A stretch of DNA of 64,000 bases from Promethearchaeota archaeon (GCA_048940605.1 JBHLOJ010000004.1:4509-68508), one strand, 5' to 3'. Shown: positions 1-12,300, numbered from the stretch's first letter. Notes: a model not told the origin generated them from the sequence alone. A program made the numbers and translations.

Positions 1-638
1 GCCTGTGATGTTACTAATTCCCCATCTCTCCATATACTTTGAAAGGCAATATTTGCCCCAGGTAAGTATTCTTGAGCAATAAATTCCCAATCAATCCCTC
101 TCGAACGCCAATAACCTAACCAATGTATTGCGGTTTTAATATTCTCAACTAGCGTACTTCCCCTACTGCTAAAACCTCTTGTAGCCCTCATCCAATAAGG
201 ATAACCAAATCTCTTTTCTGCTTCTTTTATGTCTTTCTCATTGTTAATTTCAATTGCGTCAGCGACAGGGATATCATTATTATTCCAGATCTTTGCGGAA
301 TCGTATTTATTTTGACATATTCTTATAGTTTTTTTATTCGGAAGAAAAGTCTTAGTTTTAATCTTTTCCCTATTCTCTGAGAAAATAAGGACCTCACCAT
401 CGGGTTGAGGATGGATGAAATTTGAACTTGTTATTTTAATTAATTCATTTATTTTAGATAAATAATTTTTATCAGCGAATTTTGGAACAATATATCTTTC
501 ATCAACATCTGGCCATTCTAAATGCATTTTATTGATATCAGTACCAATTATATGGAATTTTTCTTTGGCACTCCTTAAAGACCTAATAAAATTTATTCCT
601 GCTGGACCTCCGCTACCAGTTACGATAATTTTCTTCAT
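1..638 (-). CDS. ATP-grasp domain protein (CarB/PylC-like, glycan-cluster type), runs off the left window edge
   Basis: Not in the ORF track. Translated by hand from ATG at 638: MKKIIVTGSGGPAGINFIRSL...GYPYWMRATRGFSSRG...EFIAQEYLPGANIAFQSIWRDG. Has a Rossmann-like start and the ATP-grasp QEY(L)PG motif. Confidence 0.75.
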   Translation of the reverse strand, partial: MKKIIVTGSGGPAGINFIRSLRSAKEKFHIIGTDINKMHLEWPDVDERYIVPKFADKNYLSKINELIKITSSNFIHPQPDGEVLIFSENREKIKTKTFLPNKKTIRICQNKYDSAKIWNNNDIPVADAIEINNEKDIKEAEKRFGYPYWMRATRGFSSRGSTLVENIKTAIHWLGYWRSRGIDWEFIAQEYLPGANIAFQSIWRDGELVTSQ

Positions 639-760
639 GTTTTAATAAATTTTTAATATTTTTACGATATTAAGTGTATCAATTTAATAAAAGTAAATTA
701 CTTTTCCATATTATCTAGTACGATAAAATATTTTAAAGATACAAAAAAAGGTTCTGATAT

Positions 761-1882
761 ATGAAGATTATGTTTAATAATTTAGCTAAACAATGGGATA
801 TAATAAAAAAAGACGTCTCGCCTAAGCTAGAAGCTTTATTCGAGAAATCAGATTTTATAGGAGGAAAAGCAATTGAAATTTTTGAAAATAATTTTGCTAA
901 TTATTGCGATGTTAAATATGCTGCAGGTGTTTCTAATGGAACTGATGCTTTAAAATTATCATTAGCGGCACTTAATTTAAAATCACCATGCGGAGTACTT
1001 ATCCCCGCAAATACTTTTATAGCTACTGTTTTGGCAGTTAAATATCTCTTTAATGTAAAATCAGATATCGCATTAATAGACTGTGATGAGTATTACCAAA
1101 TCGATGTAAACCTTTTAGAATCATATTTAAAAGAAAATCGTAAAAAATGGGTGTCTTGTGTTATTATCCCAGTTCATTTATATGGTCATCCTGCTAATAT
1201 GAAACAAATTCTTGAACTAGCAGAGCGATATAATTGTTATATTTTAGAAGATTCTTCTCAAGCTCATGGAGCTATGGTTTTAAACAGAAAAGTTGGAGGT
1301 ATCGGAGATATTTCAGCATTTTCTTTGTATCCAGGTAAAAATCTAGGTGCTGCGGGAGATGCGGGGATAATAACGACCAATAATGAAGATTTGTTTAATA
1401 AAGTTAAATCTTTAAGAAATTATGGTTCTAGCAAAAAATATTACTACGATGCTATTGGCTGGAATAATAGACTAGATACAATCCAAGCTATAATTTTAAA
1501 CGAAAAATTAAAACATTTAGATAAATGGAACGATGCAAGAATTAAAGTAGCCAAGAAATTTGAAGATCTCCTAAAAAATAATAAGAATATTGTTATTCCG
1601 AAAAATGCTCCTTATATTAATAAACAAGTATATCATATTTATGCAATACGCGTAAAAAATAGAGATAATTTTCAATCGTATTTATTAGAACATGGTATTC
1701 CAACAGTAATTCATTATCCGATTCCCATTCAAAAAACAAAACCGTTTAAACATCTGGATTTCTTTAACAATAAGAAAACTATTAAATTTGCCGAAGAATT
1801 GATAAGTTTACCAATTTATCCTTTTTTATCTGAGGAAGAAATTGAATACATCTCTTCAATAACTAATAATTTTTTTGAATAA
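761..1882 (+). CDS. DegT/DnrJ/EryC1/StrS family PLP-dependent sugar aminotransferase
   Basis: Motifs SNGTDAL, IPVHLYG, EDSSQAHGA, FSLYPGKNLGAAGDAG (PLP lysine), GWNNRLD and SLPIYP. Confidence 0.95.
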   Translation: MKIMFNNLAKQWDIIKKDVSPKLEALFEKSDFIGGKAIEIFENNFANYCDVKYAAGVSNGTDALKLSLAALNLKSPCGVLIPANTFIATVLAVKYLFNVKSDIALIDCDEYYQIDVNLLESYLKENRKKWVSCVIIPVHLYGHPANMKQILELAERYNCYILEDSSQAHGAMVLNRKVGGIGDISAFSLYPGKNLGAAGDAGIITTNNEDLFNKVKSLRNYGSSKKYYYDAIGWNNRLDTIQAIILNEKLKHLDKWNDARIKVAKKFEDLLKNNKNIVIPKNAPYINKQVYHIYAIRVKNRDNFQSYLLEHGIPTVIHYPIPIQKTKPFKHLDFFNNKKTIKFAEELISLPIYPFLSEEEIEYISSITNNFFE

Positions 1883-1980
1883 TCCTTTTTTTAGGACATT
1901 AGTTCTTCAAGCTATCTAATCTATTTGACAAATTTGATTGAAAAAATTTAAGATATATTAATTATTTTGAATTTTAATTT

Positions 1981-3024
1981 ATGTCGGAATTAAACGAAAA
2001 CAGAATAATAAACTGGTTAAGAAAGTATAAAAGGATACTGATCGGGTTAACAACTATAGCTTTAATAGTCCTAATGATAATTATTGTTGATTTTCAAAAA
2101 TTAATAAAAAAATTATCTATTATTGGGATATTTGGCACTCTCCTTTTTATTACATTATATACTATAGCATTTCTCCTTAGAGCTTATAAACTAAAATTAA
2201 TTTTTAAAGGTCTTAATCATCCTATAAAATATGGTTCATCGTATTTTTCCATCGGAACTAGTTTTTTTATAAATAGTATAACTCCAGGTCAATTAGGAGA
2301 TATAGCGAAAGTATTTATACTAAAAGATCAAGAAGATATAAGATTGAGTGAAAGCTTTGCAGGAATCGCCATAGAGAGAGTACTAGATTTTCTGCTCCTA
2401 TTTAGTATTAGTCTTTTTGCCTTAATTTTTCTATATCTTTCTATTGGTGAAATAGAAGTTGAAACTATTTTAGGTCAAAGTCTACAATTATACCTTTTCT
2501 TTGGAGCATTAATTATATTTAGTATTATCATTCTGTTTCTGTTTTTACTATATAAACAAGATTTTGTTATAAAAATTGTCAAAAAAATATCGAATAAATT
2601 AGGAGATTATTTAGATAAATTTCTAAATAATTTTAAAAATGGATTGAGGAAATTTAAAGATAATAAAAAAGAGTTTTTTTATATTATATTACTAAATTTT
2701 CCGACCTATATTATAGATGCATTTATCCTTGTAATTTTTTTTACATTTTTAGGGTATGACTTAAATATTTTTATTATTATTTTAGCAACTTTAGTTTTAT
2801 TTTTTAGTAATATTATTCCAATTACTCCTGGAGGTTGGGGTATATCTGAAAATATTGGAGCTTTATTTATTATAATATTTTATCCAGAATTTCCATATCT
2901 TGATATTTTAGCTGTTTTTGTTATTGATCACTTATTAAGAACAGCCTATCTTTTCTTTTATGGGGGATATTCTATACTACACTTCAATTTTAAACTAAAA
3001 GAAGCAAGAAAAATGATTGAATAA
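1981..3024 (+). CDS. UPF0104 / lysylphosphatidylglycerol-synthase TM-region (flippase-like) membrane protein
   Basis: Multiple TM helices with NSITPGQLGD, ERVLD and PITPGGWG.SE motifs. Confidence 0.85.
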   Translation: MSELNENRIINWLRKYKRILIGLTTIALIVLMIIIVDFQKLIKKLSIIGIFGTLLFITLYTIAFLLRAYKLKLIFKGLNHPIKYGSSYFSIGTSFFINSITPGQLGDIAKVFILKDQEDIRLSESFAGIAIERVLDFLLLFSISLFALIFLYLSIGEIEVETILGQSLQLYLFFGALIIFSIIILFLFLLYKQDFVIKIVKKISNKLGDYLDKFLNNFKNGLRKFKDNKKEFFYIILLNFPTYIIDAFILVIFFTFLGYDLNIFIIILATLVLFFSNIIPITPGGWGISENIGALFIIIFYPEFPYLDILAVFVIDHLLRTAYLFFYGGYSILHFNFKLKEARKMIE

Positions 3025-3041
3025 AAGAAAATAGGAAATCA

Positions 3042-4100
3042 TTAATATAGAAAAATAATGAACATATAAGCAATGAAAACAGCAACGAAAGATAAATAAA
3101 ATGTTAAAATATGATTATCCACTTTAATTTCTCTTTTTATAAATCCTAAATTCAATTTAAAAGAGAAGAATTCTCTTTCTTTTAAAATTCCATAAAATAA
3201 TATTACCTGAAACCAACGTGCATATATATAACTGAAAACCATAAAAGATGCAGTGGCTATTGTAGAAAAAACTGAAATTTCAAATTGATCAGCATCTTTA
3301 AGTCTAAATGCAATAAATAACAGAGCTAGTATAGTTGCGGGAATTATTCTTATGAATAAAGGCAAATCCGATCCAGTGGAAGACCAATACTTTAAACTAT
3401 CTAAAAACCAATCTGTTATGAAAAGAGGAATTATTAATAACGCAATTAAAAGGGGAGCAATCGATATAACAAAAAATTTCATTTCTTTCCAATTCCTTTC
3501 TACTAAATATTTTAAAAATAGAAATCCTACTGCTGGCAATGTGTAATACTTCGTACACATAGACAATCCTAAAAATATATAAAATAAATATTTGGCATAT
3601 AGTTCTTCTTTAGGGTAATAAATTAAAGCAAGAAAGAAAAAGAAGAAGAAAAAAGCGTCTGTAATATGATACCCACAATTTTGTAAGCTGAAAGCATTAT
3701 TAAGAAAAAAAAATGGATTTACCGCAAATAGCCCAAAAGCATAATTGATATTTTTAATTTTAAAACTTTTCAAGACGAAATAGAACATAAGAACTATAAC
3801 AAGGTCGCAAAAAAAACCCCAGAAGGCAAAAATTCCAATACTATCAAAAGAAAAGAATCTAAAAACTTCTAAAAAACCTATTGTTAATGGGGTACTTGTT
3901 ACATTATCCTCAAAATATCTTCCTAAATCTCCCCAAGATCTTCCAGGATCTATCTTATGGGTATAATAATAATATAAGAGGATACCAATTCTAATTATTA
4001 TACCAAAAATGATAAGAAGTATGGCTTTATGTTTTAAAATTTTTTCTAGTAAGTTTTTCTCTGAGGATAATTCTGATTCATTTTCCATATATGTTTTCAT
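3042..4100 (-). CDS. Polytopic membrane protein, probable GT-C fold glycosyltransferase (GT87/PIG-M/PIG-U-like)
   Basis: About 9-10 TM segments, a conserved-looking D after TM1 (SWGD), AVNPFF and CTKYY..P motifs, and glycosylation-cluster context. Confidence 0.5.
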   Translation of the reverse strand: MKTYMENESELSSEKNLLEKILKHKAILLIIFGIIIRIGILLYYYYTHKIDPGRSWGDLGRYFEDNVTSTPLTIGFLEVFRFFSFDSIGIFAFWGFFCDLVIVLMFYFVLKSFKIKNINYAFGLFAVNPFFFLNNAFSLQNCGYHITDAFFFFFFFLALIYYPKEELYAKYLFYIFLGLSMCTKYYTLPAVGFLFLKYLVERNWKEMKFFVISIAPLLIALLIIPLFITDWFLDSLKYWSSTGSDLPLFIRIIPATILALLFIAFRLKDADQFEISVFSTIATASFMVFSYIYARWFQVILFYGILKEREFFSFKLNLGFIKREIKVDNHILTFYLSFVAVFIAYMFIIFLY

Positions 4101-4393
4101 ACGGAAATTCTTATAAAACTTTCTATAAAATACTTTGATTATTAAAACCTTACGGATTTTATAGATAACATTGTTTCAATTGATAATCAATATTTTTTTT
4201 GGTGAAAAGTGAACTTGTAACTATTTTACCGCAATTTGAATACCAGTTGGAACAATTGCTACTCTGAGCGTTTCACCAAATTCCCTTTCCAATTTTTGCA
4301 TCAGTCCAGAGCAGTTATTAAATAATATAACAGATTTAAGTTTATTATTTTCTTTTTAACTATAAAAGCAAACATTTTTTTGAAAAGAGAGAC

Positions 4394-5830
4394 TTGGTGA
4401 TAAATTTAACAAATAAGAAAGACTGTCTCATAATAATGAAATTTGGTGGTTCTTGTTTACAAGATGCCAGATCTTATAGGAAAATTGCAGAAATCATTAA
4501 AAAGCATGTAGATAGGTCAAGATTAATAATTGTAGTTTCAGCAATGAAGGGTATAACGGATGAATTATTAAATTTTTATACAAAATCATGTAGTGAAGAT
4601 ACAGATTGTGAGATGATTCTAAAAAATATAAATTATATTCATAGAGATATGATTGATAAAATAATTGATTCTGAAAGTATTGAGTATGAAAGATCAATCA
4701 GCTTTTTAAAGAAAAATATTGAGGAATTAACTCAATTAGGCTATGTTATACGACTTATAAGGCCAAGTGCTGACATTCAAGATTTAATAATTTCATATGG
4801 GGAGAAACTTAGTACATTTATTTTGACTCAATATCTCAATACTGAGGGCATAAAATCTAAATATTTCGCTTCAAATGAGTTAATTCTTACAGATGATAAT
4901 TTTGGTAATGCTTTACCTTTATTAGATGAAACAGAGACTCTAATTAACAAAGATTTTGTTCCTATACTAAAATCTGATCCTGATTTAACGGCATGTATTA
5001 CTGGATTCTTTGCTTCTACAAAAGACGATAAGAAAATTACTACCCTAGGAAGAGGAGGGACAGATCTGACCGCAGCCATTATTGCTTATTCATTAAGGAA
5101 TAGTTTTGATACTAAGGTTATATATTGGAAAGATGTTAAGGGCTTGTTAGATGCAGATCCCAAAATAGCTATAAAGACCTCTCTTTTAAAACAGATTTCA
5201 TATGTGGAAGCAAAAGAACTTGCTTTTTTTGGTACAAAAGTTTTACATCCATTATGTCTTGATGTTAACGAGAAAGGCAATGTTCCTTCTGAAATCAGGT
5301 CGTTTGATGATCTGGAATCAGATGAGTTTACAACAATTACTAAAGAAATAATTAAAAATGGGAAAGTTATTAAAGCTATTACTTCACTTTATGAGCTTTC
5401 AATGGTAACTATCGAAGGTGATACCATGATTCCTCTTTCAGGAACAGCTGCTAAACTTTTTTCTCTCTTGGGGGATAATAATATAGACATTGTATTTATA
5501 TCTCAGAGTTCCTCAGAAAATAATCTCACTTTCGGAATCAATCATGAAGACTCAAAAAAAGTGAGTTTCTTATTGAGAAATTCAGATTTATTTGGTAAAA
5601 ACTGGTTTCGCATTAAAATTAATAATGATATCTCTTTAGTTGCGGTTATTGGCGCAGGAGTGCTTTATACTCCAGGTATAGCGGGGAAAGTATTTACCAC
5701 CTTAGGTAATAATAATATTAATATTTTAGCTATCGCTCAGGGATCTTCTGAATTAAATTTTACTGCAATAATTGAAAGAAAAGATTGCGTAAAAGCTATT
5801 AATATTTTATATGATGCCTTTATTAGCTGA
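4394..5830 (+). CDS. lysC: Aspartate kinase with two ACT domains
   Basis: Motifs MKFGGS, VVSAM, GEKLS, TTLGRGGTD, DADP and ELAFFG.KVLHP; C-terminal ACT repeats (SQSSSE, AQGSSE). Confidence 0.93.
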   Translation: MVINLTNKKDCLIIMKFGGSCLQDARSYRKIAEIIKKHVDRSRLIIVVSAMKGITDELLNFYTKSCSEDTDCEMILKNINYIHRDMIDKIIDSESIEYERSISFLKKNIEELTQLGYVIRLIRPSADIQDLIISYGEKLSTFILTQYLNTEGIKSKYFASNELILTDDNFGNALPLLDETETLINKDFVPILKSDPDLTACITGFFASTKDDKKITTLGRGGTDLTAAIIAYSLRNSFDTKVIYWKDVKGLLDADPKIAIKTSLLKQISYVEAKELAFFGTKVLHPLCLDVNEKGNVPSEIRSFDDLESDEFTTITKEIIKNGKVIKAITSLYELSMVTIEGDTMIPLSGTAAKLFSLLGDNNIDIVFISQSSSENNLTFGINHEDSKKVSFLLRNSDLFGKNWFRIKINNDISLVAVIGAGVLYTPGIAGKVFTTLGNNNINILAIAQGSSELNFTAIIERKDCVKAINILYDAFIS

Positions 5831-5848
5831 AAATAAGAAGAGTATAAG

Positions 5849-7084
5849 TTAAAAAAAATCCCTAAATTTTTTTAAAGCGATGCTTTTTCTCTTTTCCTCT
5901 CTTTCTTTCGAATCAATGTTATCTTTAAGAGCTTGATTACAAATTTCTTTTCCAATTATTACTTTTGGGTTACTTGCCCAATTAACATCCAATAACAAAC
6001 AAAGGTAATATACTGTAGATAAAATAAATGCGACAAGGATTCCTATATTCATTTCTAAAGGATTTCCAATAGATATTTTAGCACTAGGAACACCTTGTTG
6101 AATTAAAGCTTGAAAAGTTGCGTCTGCCTGATAATTGATAATAGTTTGAGCACTTTTTCCATTTACATATTCAATAGAAGATTCCAACGTTAAATCAGGT
6201 ATTTCATGTTCTACTGTCCATAAAACAGGGGTTACTACACCCTTAGTTCCCCCTAATAAATACTCTAAAACAGAATGCTGGCATATGGGAGCACCTTGAT
6301 AAGTTCCAATCATTCCTTTTTCGTCTTTTCCTGTACTTTCAGAAATACATTGAACCCATAATCCAGTACTCCCTTCTAGATTTTTAGAATATGGCATTGA
6401 AAATATAACTTTATAACCCTTCTTATATAAGTTGAAAAGATAGGCGGAAAATTCTAATGCCAGATTCTTTTTATAATTAGAAAATAAATTATATCCATTT
6501 TCCAATCCTTTGATGAAATCTTCAACATTAATATATGAAATAAATGCTGGAACAATACCAACATTAGTAACTGATCCCGCAAAACGACCACTGAGATTAG
6601 GGACATCTAAAATAGGACAATTAATTTTTTGGAGTATTTTATTCATTGTTCCCATAGAGGATAAACCTAAGAACTTATATCCCTCTCTTAAGAAGATCCC
6701 AATTGTCGAGTTGATATCTAATGTCTCTCCCGCCCTTGAGATTGGAATAACAATTGAGTCATTTGGGGATGTCTTATCTAAACATCCTTTTAATTCTACC
6801 GCTCTAGAACTTGTAATAGGAAAGATTTTTTTCGGTGATAAGTGTTTTAATGCTAATAACGTTTGAATTGAACCTCCAGTTCCTAGAACAATTACATTTT
6901 TAATATCATCTGTTAATACGAACTGGGAATTTTTTTTGATATAATTTAGATCTATATAAGATTTGGTATCAAAGAAAAAAGGAATATCCCACTTATCTTT
7001 ATTTTTTTGAATTATCTCTATTGAATCTCGAATTTGTGTTTCATTTAGTATTGGATAAAATTCAACATTTATGGTATTCTTCAT
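5849..7084 (-). CDS. SIS-domain glucose-6-phosphate isomerase-like protein (divergent)
   Basis: VLGTGGS, ISRAGETLD, SGRF and QCISESTGK match the PGI motifs GIGGS, SKSG.T.E, GGRF and Q...ES.GK. Confidence 0.75.
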   Translation of the reverse strand: MKNTINVEFYPILNETQIRDSIEIIQKNKDKWDIPFFFDTKSYIDLNYIKKNSQFVLTDDIKNVIVLGTGGSIQTLLALKHLSPKKIFPITSSRAVELKGCLDKTSPNDSIVIPISRAGETLDINSTIGIFLREGYKFLGLSSMGTMNKILQKINCPILDVPNLSGRFAGSVTNVGIVPAFISYINVEDFIKGLENGYNLFSNYKKNLALEFSAYLFNLYKKGYKVIFSMPYSKNLEGSTGLWVQCISESTGKDEKGMIGTYQGAPICQHSVLEYLLGGTKGVVTPVLWTVEHEIPDLTLESSIEYVNGKSAQTIINYQADATFQALIQQGVPSAKISIGNPLEMNIGILVAFILSTVYYLCLLLDVNWASNPKVIIGKEICNQALKDNIDSKEREEKRKSIALKKFRDFF

Positions 7085-7366
7085 TTAAACTTCATCTGAT
7101 AATTAAGATAAATTATTTAATATTCTTTTATAATTCTGTTTTATTTTTATTGTTTTATTTAGTAGATAAAATGACTTATTAATCTCAAGAAAATTCACTT
7201 ATTTCAAACTAAGGATTCTCTTAATATTGTCGTTTTTTATTATAGGATTTACAAAGTAAATCTAAAAATCAGAACTCTATTTTACTTCAAATAAATAACA
7301 GAATATCTATGCATAATATAAATTAAGTATAAAAAATACTCTAATATTTTATTCAAGTGATAGGAA

Positions 7367-8599
7367 ATGGCTAAAGCCGTAGATACAAAAGAAAAAAATG
7401 CTTTTGTTGAAGGTCAAGCATATCATTGCCCAGAATGCAATAGAACACATACAAAAGGTAAGATTTATAAAGAACATTTAAAATATGCCCAAATAGAAGA
7501 TAATGGGGAAGTTTTAAACCCAGATACCTATGATGATGAAGAGGAATTAATTGAGGTCTTTAATGAATTAGAAGAGGAAGAAAGAATTGAAGAAATGGAA
7601 ATTGAATTGGAGGATAAAGAATTCAATGGCATTAATAATAATGAAAATGATTTAAAAGATTGTGTTGAAGCGGTCAAGAAACTTCCTGGTGTGGGTGAAG
7701 CAACTTTAAATAAATTGATAAAAGCAGGATTCAATAGCCTTGAATCAATTGCATATACACCTCCTACAATAATTAAAGAGGAAAGTGGTCTTGGTGATAA
7801 AACTGCTGAAAAACTAATTAAAGCCTCAATGGAACAACTGGGGATAGGATTTAAGTCTGCGGATGCAATTTGGGAACACAGAAAGAACATTGCCCGAATT
7901 ACCACAGGTAGCCAAGAATTAGATGATTCTTTAGGGGGTGGTATTGAAACTGGAAGTGTTATTGAATTCTTTGGAGAATTTAGAACAGGAAAAACCCAAA
8001 TTATGCATCAATTATGTGTGAATGTGCAATTACCCAAAGAAAAAGGTGGTCTTGAAGGTAGAGCATTATACATTGACACAGAAGGAACTTTTAGACCAGA
8101 AAGAATAATCCAAATGGCTGAAGGGCTTGATTTAGATTATACAAAAGTGCTAAAAAATATTGTTTTTGGGAGAGCTTATAATTCTGATCACCAAGTTTTA
8201 CTAATTAAAGAAGCAGCTAATATAATTAAAGAAAAAAACATAAAATTAATTGTCATTGATTCATTAATAGGACATTTTAGAAGCGAATATATTGGGAGAG
8301 GAACTTTAGCAAACCGTCAACAAACTATAAATTCTCATCTACACGATTTACTAAGGTTATGTGATATATATAATGATCTAGCTATTGTCTTAACAAACCA
8401 AGTTCAATCTAAACCTGATGTTTTTTATGGAAATCCTTTACAGGCTGCGGGAGGTAATGTTGTTGCTCACGGATCGACTATTAGAGTATATTTACGAAAA
8501 GGTAAGGGTGAACAGAGAATTGCTAAAATAGTCGATGCCCCTCACTTACCTGAAGGTGAAGCTATTTTTAGTATTACCGAAAGTGGAATATCTGATTAA
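7367..8599 (+). CDS. radA: DNA repair and recombination protein RadA with an N-terminal zinc-finger and acidic extension
   Basis: HhH region LPGVG, Walker [21 protein letters not shown], Walker B LIVIDS, HFRSEY.GRG.LA.RQQ and TNQV. Confidence 0.95.
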   Translation: MAKAVDTKEKNAFVEGQAYHCPECNRTHTKGKIYKEHLKYAQIEDNGEVLNPDTYDDEEELIEVFNELEEEERIEEMEIELEDKEFNGINNNENDLKDCVEAVKKLPGVGEATLNKLIKAGFNSLESIAYTPPTIIKEESGLGDKTAEKLIKASMEQLGIGFKSADAIWEHRKNIARITTGSQELDDSLGGGIETGSVIEFFGEFRTGKTQIMHQLCVNVQLPKEKGGLEGRALYIDTEGTFRPERIIQMAEGLDLDYTKVLKNIVFGRAYNSDHQVLLIKEAANIIKEKNIKLIVIDSLIGHFRSEYIGRGTLANRQQTINSHLHDLLRLCDIYNDLAIVLTNQVQSKPDVFYGNPLQAAGGNVVAHGSTIRVYLRKGKGEQRIAKIVDAPHLPEGEAIFSITESGISD

Positions 8600-8638
8600 T
8601 AATAATTTAAAAATTATAAAATAAAATAATATATTGAA

Positions 8639-9148
8639 TTAAATCTTTATTTTCCAACCTTCTTTTTGAGTAAATTCTATAATTCCAATCTTATTCATTT
8701 GATGTATAATTAAATTAATAGTTTTTTCAGAAACTGTAATTTTTTTTTGAGCAGCACTCTCCAAAACTTTATCATTTAAGAGTTTAAAGGTTTTTACCGA
8801 TTTTTCTTTATATAAGATTTGTAAAACAATTTTTTCTATTTGCGTTTTAAGTTCAGATGGAATTAATGATGATTCCTTTTTCTGTTGCTCCAAAGTAAGA
8901 TTATCTAATTCATTATCTAACCCTGGTTGCTCAATTACAATAGTTTTTAACTCAACTTTTTTAAGCTCATCTGTGATGAATGATCTTTCTTCAATATTTT
9001 CATCTTTATCAACATTATTTTTCCTACGATCTTCTTTTTTTTTTCTTAAAAATGATAAAATTAAGAAGTCTAGAAAAAAAAAGACAATGACCATTAAGAA
9101 CTCGATAAATATAGTTTTTTTGAAATAAATTTGATTTAGTAGAAACAT
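8639..9148 (-). CDS. Hypothetical protein: N-terminal TM anchor plus C-terminal winged-helix-like domain
   Basis: Hydrophobic residues ~13-33 followed by RKKK; C-terminal SEKTINLIIHQMNKIGIIEFTQKEGWKI looks like a winged helix. Confidence 0.55.
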   Translation of the reverse strand: MFLLNQIYFKKTIFIEFLMVIVFFFLDFLILSFLRKKKEDRRKNNVDKDENIEERSFITDELKKVELKTIVIEQPGLDNELDNLTLEQQKKESSLIPSELKTQIEKIVLQILYKEKSVKTFKLLNDKVLESAAQKKITVSEKTINLIIHQMNKIGIIEFTQKEGWKIKI

Positions 9149-9302
9149 AATACAATGAAATCTGCTGGAATTCTATTATAATAAAAATTCATTCAATTGA
9201 ATATATATAGGTTACTTGAGTTTATAATTACTTTTGTTGTAATTATATCATTGTATATGATATTTTTAAAGATAAAAAGTAAAAAATTATAAAAAAATTT
9301 TT

Positions 9303-12300
9303 TTAAATTAATTTCTCATATTCCTTAGATTTATTAGAAAGTCTCTTAACTTCTTTAGTCATTTCAGTTCCACCGAGTTTAAATATTTCAGAGGCTATTT
9401 TAGAAGACATTTTATATTTTTGAGCCGCTTCATTATAATTTTCTTCTTTTGCTGCTAATTTTGCTTCCTTCTCAAGTGTTTTCATCTTGATTTGAAGATC
9501 CTCAATTTTAGTTGATCGAATAAATTCATTTAACTGTTCTAATTCTCCAGATAATTCCCAATTTATAGCAATTTTTGAAGCATTCTGGGAAATGTTAATT
9601 GATTTCTCATAATCCTTTTCTTTCCTTGCATTTTTAGCAATCTTCTTTAATTTACTGATTTCTTTTTTAGCACCTTTTACATTGTCAATTATTGCAGCTC
9701 CTGGTTTTTCTTCAATTGGAGCAGAGATAATTTCATGCTGTTCCGTTAGACTCACAAAATAAGCTTCTCTTTCAGCAGGTCCCATTTGAGCAAGATCGTT
9801 TACTAATTTTTGTTTTTCTTCTTGAGATAAATTTACTAATCCTGCAACTTTTTGATTTATCAGAGCTAATTCTTGTTGAGAAATAGGTTGAGCTTCGATG
9901 ACACCTATTTCTATTGGTACTAATATTTTCTTATCTCTCAACTCTTTGATACCCATAAAGATTTCTGCGGTATCTTTATTTGTTTTTTCAGTTGCCTCTT
10001 TTAAGAGTGTTGCAATAAAGAAGAAATTTCGTTCAGAATCTTTCATCATAGAATTAGCTACTTTTAACACATCCTTTGAGTGAGGATTCTTCAAAGATTT
10101 AACGTTTGAAAATTTATATGTAATTTCATGGGGTAATATAATCGATGTGCTTAAAATCTCATCAACTAGTGCTCCAGAATTTCTGAAGATAGTTAGCTGA
10201 CCTCTCCAATCAGGTAGTTCACTTTCATATGATTTTTCAAATTCAGTTATAAAATCTTTTAGATTTTTACGCAATATGATCGAAGCTTTTTTAGATAATA
10301 CTAATGCGACTCGAATGTACTCACCATCTGATAATAATAGCATTCTATCACCATAGGTCACTTCATTTAACTCCTCTTGACACACTAAATCTTTTCCAAA
10401 TGAACAAATTGCAGAAATGAAGCCACTAATCAATTCTGGGTCAATACCTTCCGTTCCAAAAGATTTAAAGTAAATACATGTTCCTGTCCCTTTATATAGA
10501 ATCAGAATATGTTCTAGATTAATAGCATCATCAAAAATTGTTTTAACCTCTTTTAAAATCCGTGATTTCTCCCTTTTTTTAGGAACAATTATTCCTTTAT
10601 AAACTCCTATCGAACCACCAGCAACAGCAAGAGCCACTCCAATGATTATCAGATAAGGAATGAAATCCTTTAGAGATAAGCCCGTATCAGGTGCGTTTAC
10701 AGTAATATCAGAAATATCCAGAGTACCACTAACATGATAATAAGAACCCTGCAACTCTACTACTAAAGTCATATTTTTCGCATCGTCTCTTGAAAGTATA
10801 GTTATAAACACTTCACCTGAACCATCAGTTGGAAAATATGATGTAGGAGTTGCTGGTGAACCATCGAAAAAAGGGACAATCCTTACATTTGCTCCTACCA
10901 AAGTAAGCCAATCTGTACCGTTATAATATTCGAATCCTAATGTGATATTAAAGGAAGCACCTGCAGTAATCTCAATTGGTTTCTCGATGACTGTAATGTT
11001 CACTATATATTTAGCCTTTAATGTTAAATTAAAACTATAAGTTGCTTCTTCATAATTCGGAAGTTTGATAGTAATATTTATAGAATATATGCCAGTAATC
11101 TCCAGATTAGAGGTATATATGTCCCCTCTATATGTATTTGAAACATAATTTAAACTCTCACTTAATGTACCAGAATTCGAGGAATTTCCGATCTGTGTGT
11201 AATCTATCCTGTATGATTCTGCTAAACCAGTCAATAAATTATCATCATTATCGACATCAGTAATATTCAAAATCGTTCGTAGATCTCTCTCAATAAAACA
11301 ACTGTAATTATTACCTATCCCTTTGAGTATCCCTTCACCATTGATATCTTCAAATGATATTAAATTTATTTGTGTCGTATTTCCTCTTAAGTAAAAATTG
11401 AAACTTTTTGTGCTGTAATTATAGTTAGGAGGAAGAGAAACATTTATTTCAAGTTGAATCCAGCCTGAAGTTAAATCAGAAACACTTACATTTAGGATAT
11501 ATTCCCCTTCGGTAGCTGTTGTGTATAACCAAATCTTATTCGAAGGCCTTGGAAGTAATGTTTGATTGTCTATAACATTAATATTACTAACATCTAGTCC
11601 TGAAATACCTTTATTAATATCAGAATTATTAAATGAGAAGAGAATTGTTTGATTTAAACCATCCTTTTGAATAATAAGATCATCTTTAGATATTATATCG
11701 ATCTTAGTTTGAGCTATCGTTACTGTTAATGTTAAGGTAATATATTGTGTTTCGTTTCGAGGGGCTGTAATATTGAATATACAGGTATATGGTATAACAG
11801 ATGCAGTAATTCCACTTGTATCTAGTTCAATAGAGTAATTTCCAGGTGTGCCACCAACTTCAGATAATAAAGCACCAAAACCTGAAGGAAGAGTCACTAT
11901 ACTAAGAGTTGCTCCCTGTATTGGATTAAGATTAATATCTGCGTAATTGAAATTATAAGTTCTATTTTGTCCCTTTATCACATCTCCAAAATCTTTAGTA
12001 TTTGAAGGAGATATAGTAGTGTTAATTCGAAGATAAAATGTAAAATCAGTAGTAGCATTATTGTAATATGGTTGTTTTGAAGCTTCAAAGATTATTGTAT
12101 TCCAACCAAATATGTAATCACTTGTATTTAAACTATATATATAATAACCATCAGTTCCGTTAGTAGAAGGAGCTGGTAATGATCCACTATTTTCAGTTAA
12201 TGTTGCACCAGTAATTCCTCTATTTCCCTGATTATAACCAGTATCGTTGTAAAATAGCGCAACATTAAAAATTTCTCCACCAAAGTATTCTTCCCCACTC

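Noticed and set aside
4140-4312. Short minus-strand ORFs or a Cys-containing remnant between the GT-C gene and lysC
   Set aside because: Only a 26-codon ORF and a stop-interrupted frame, with no recognisable family.
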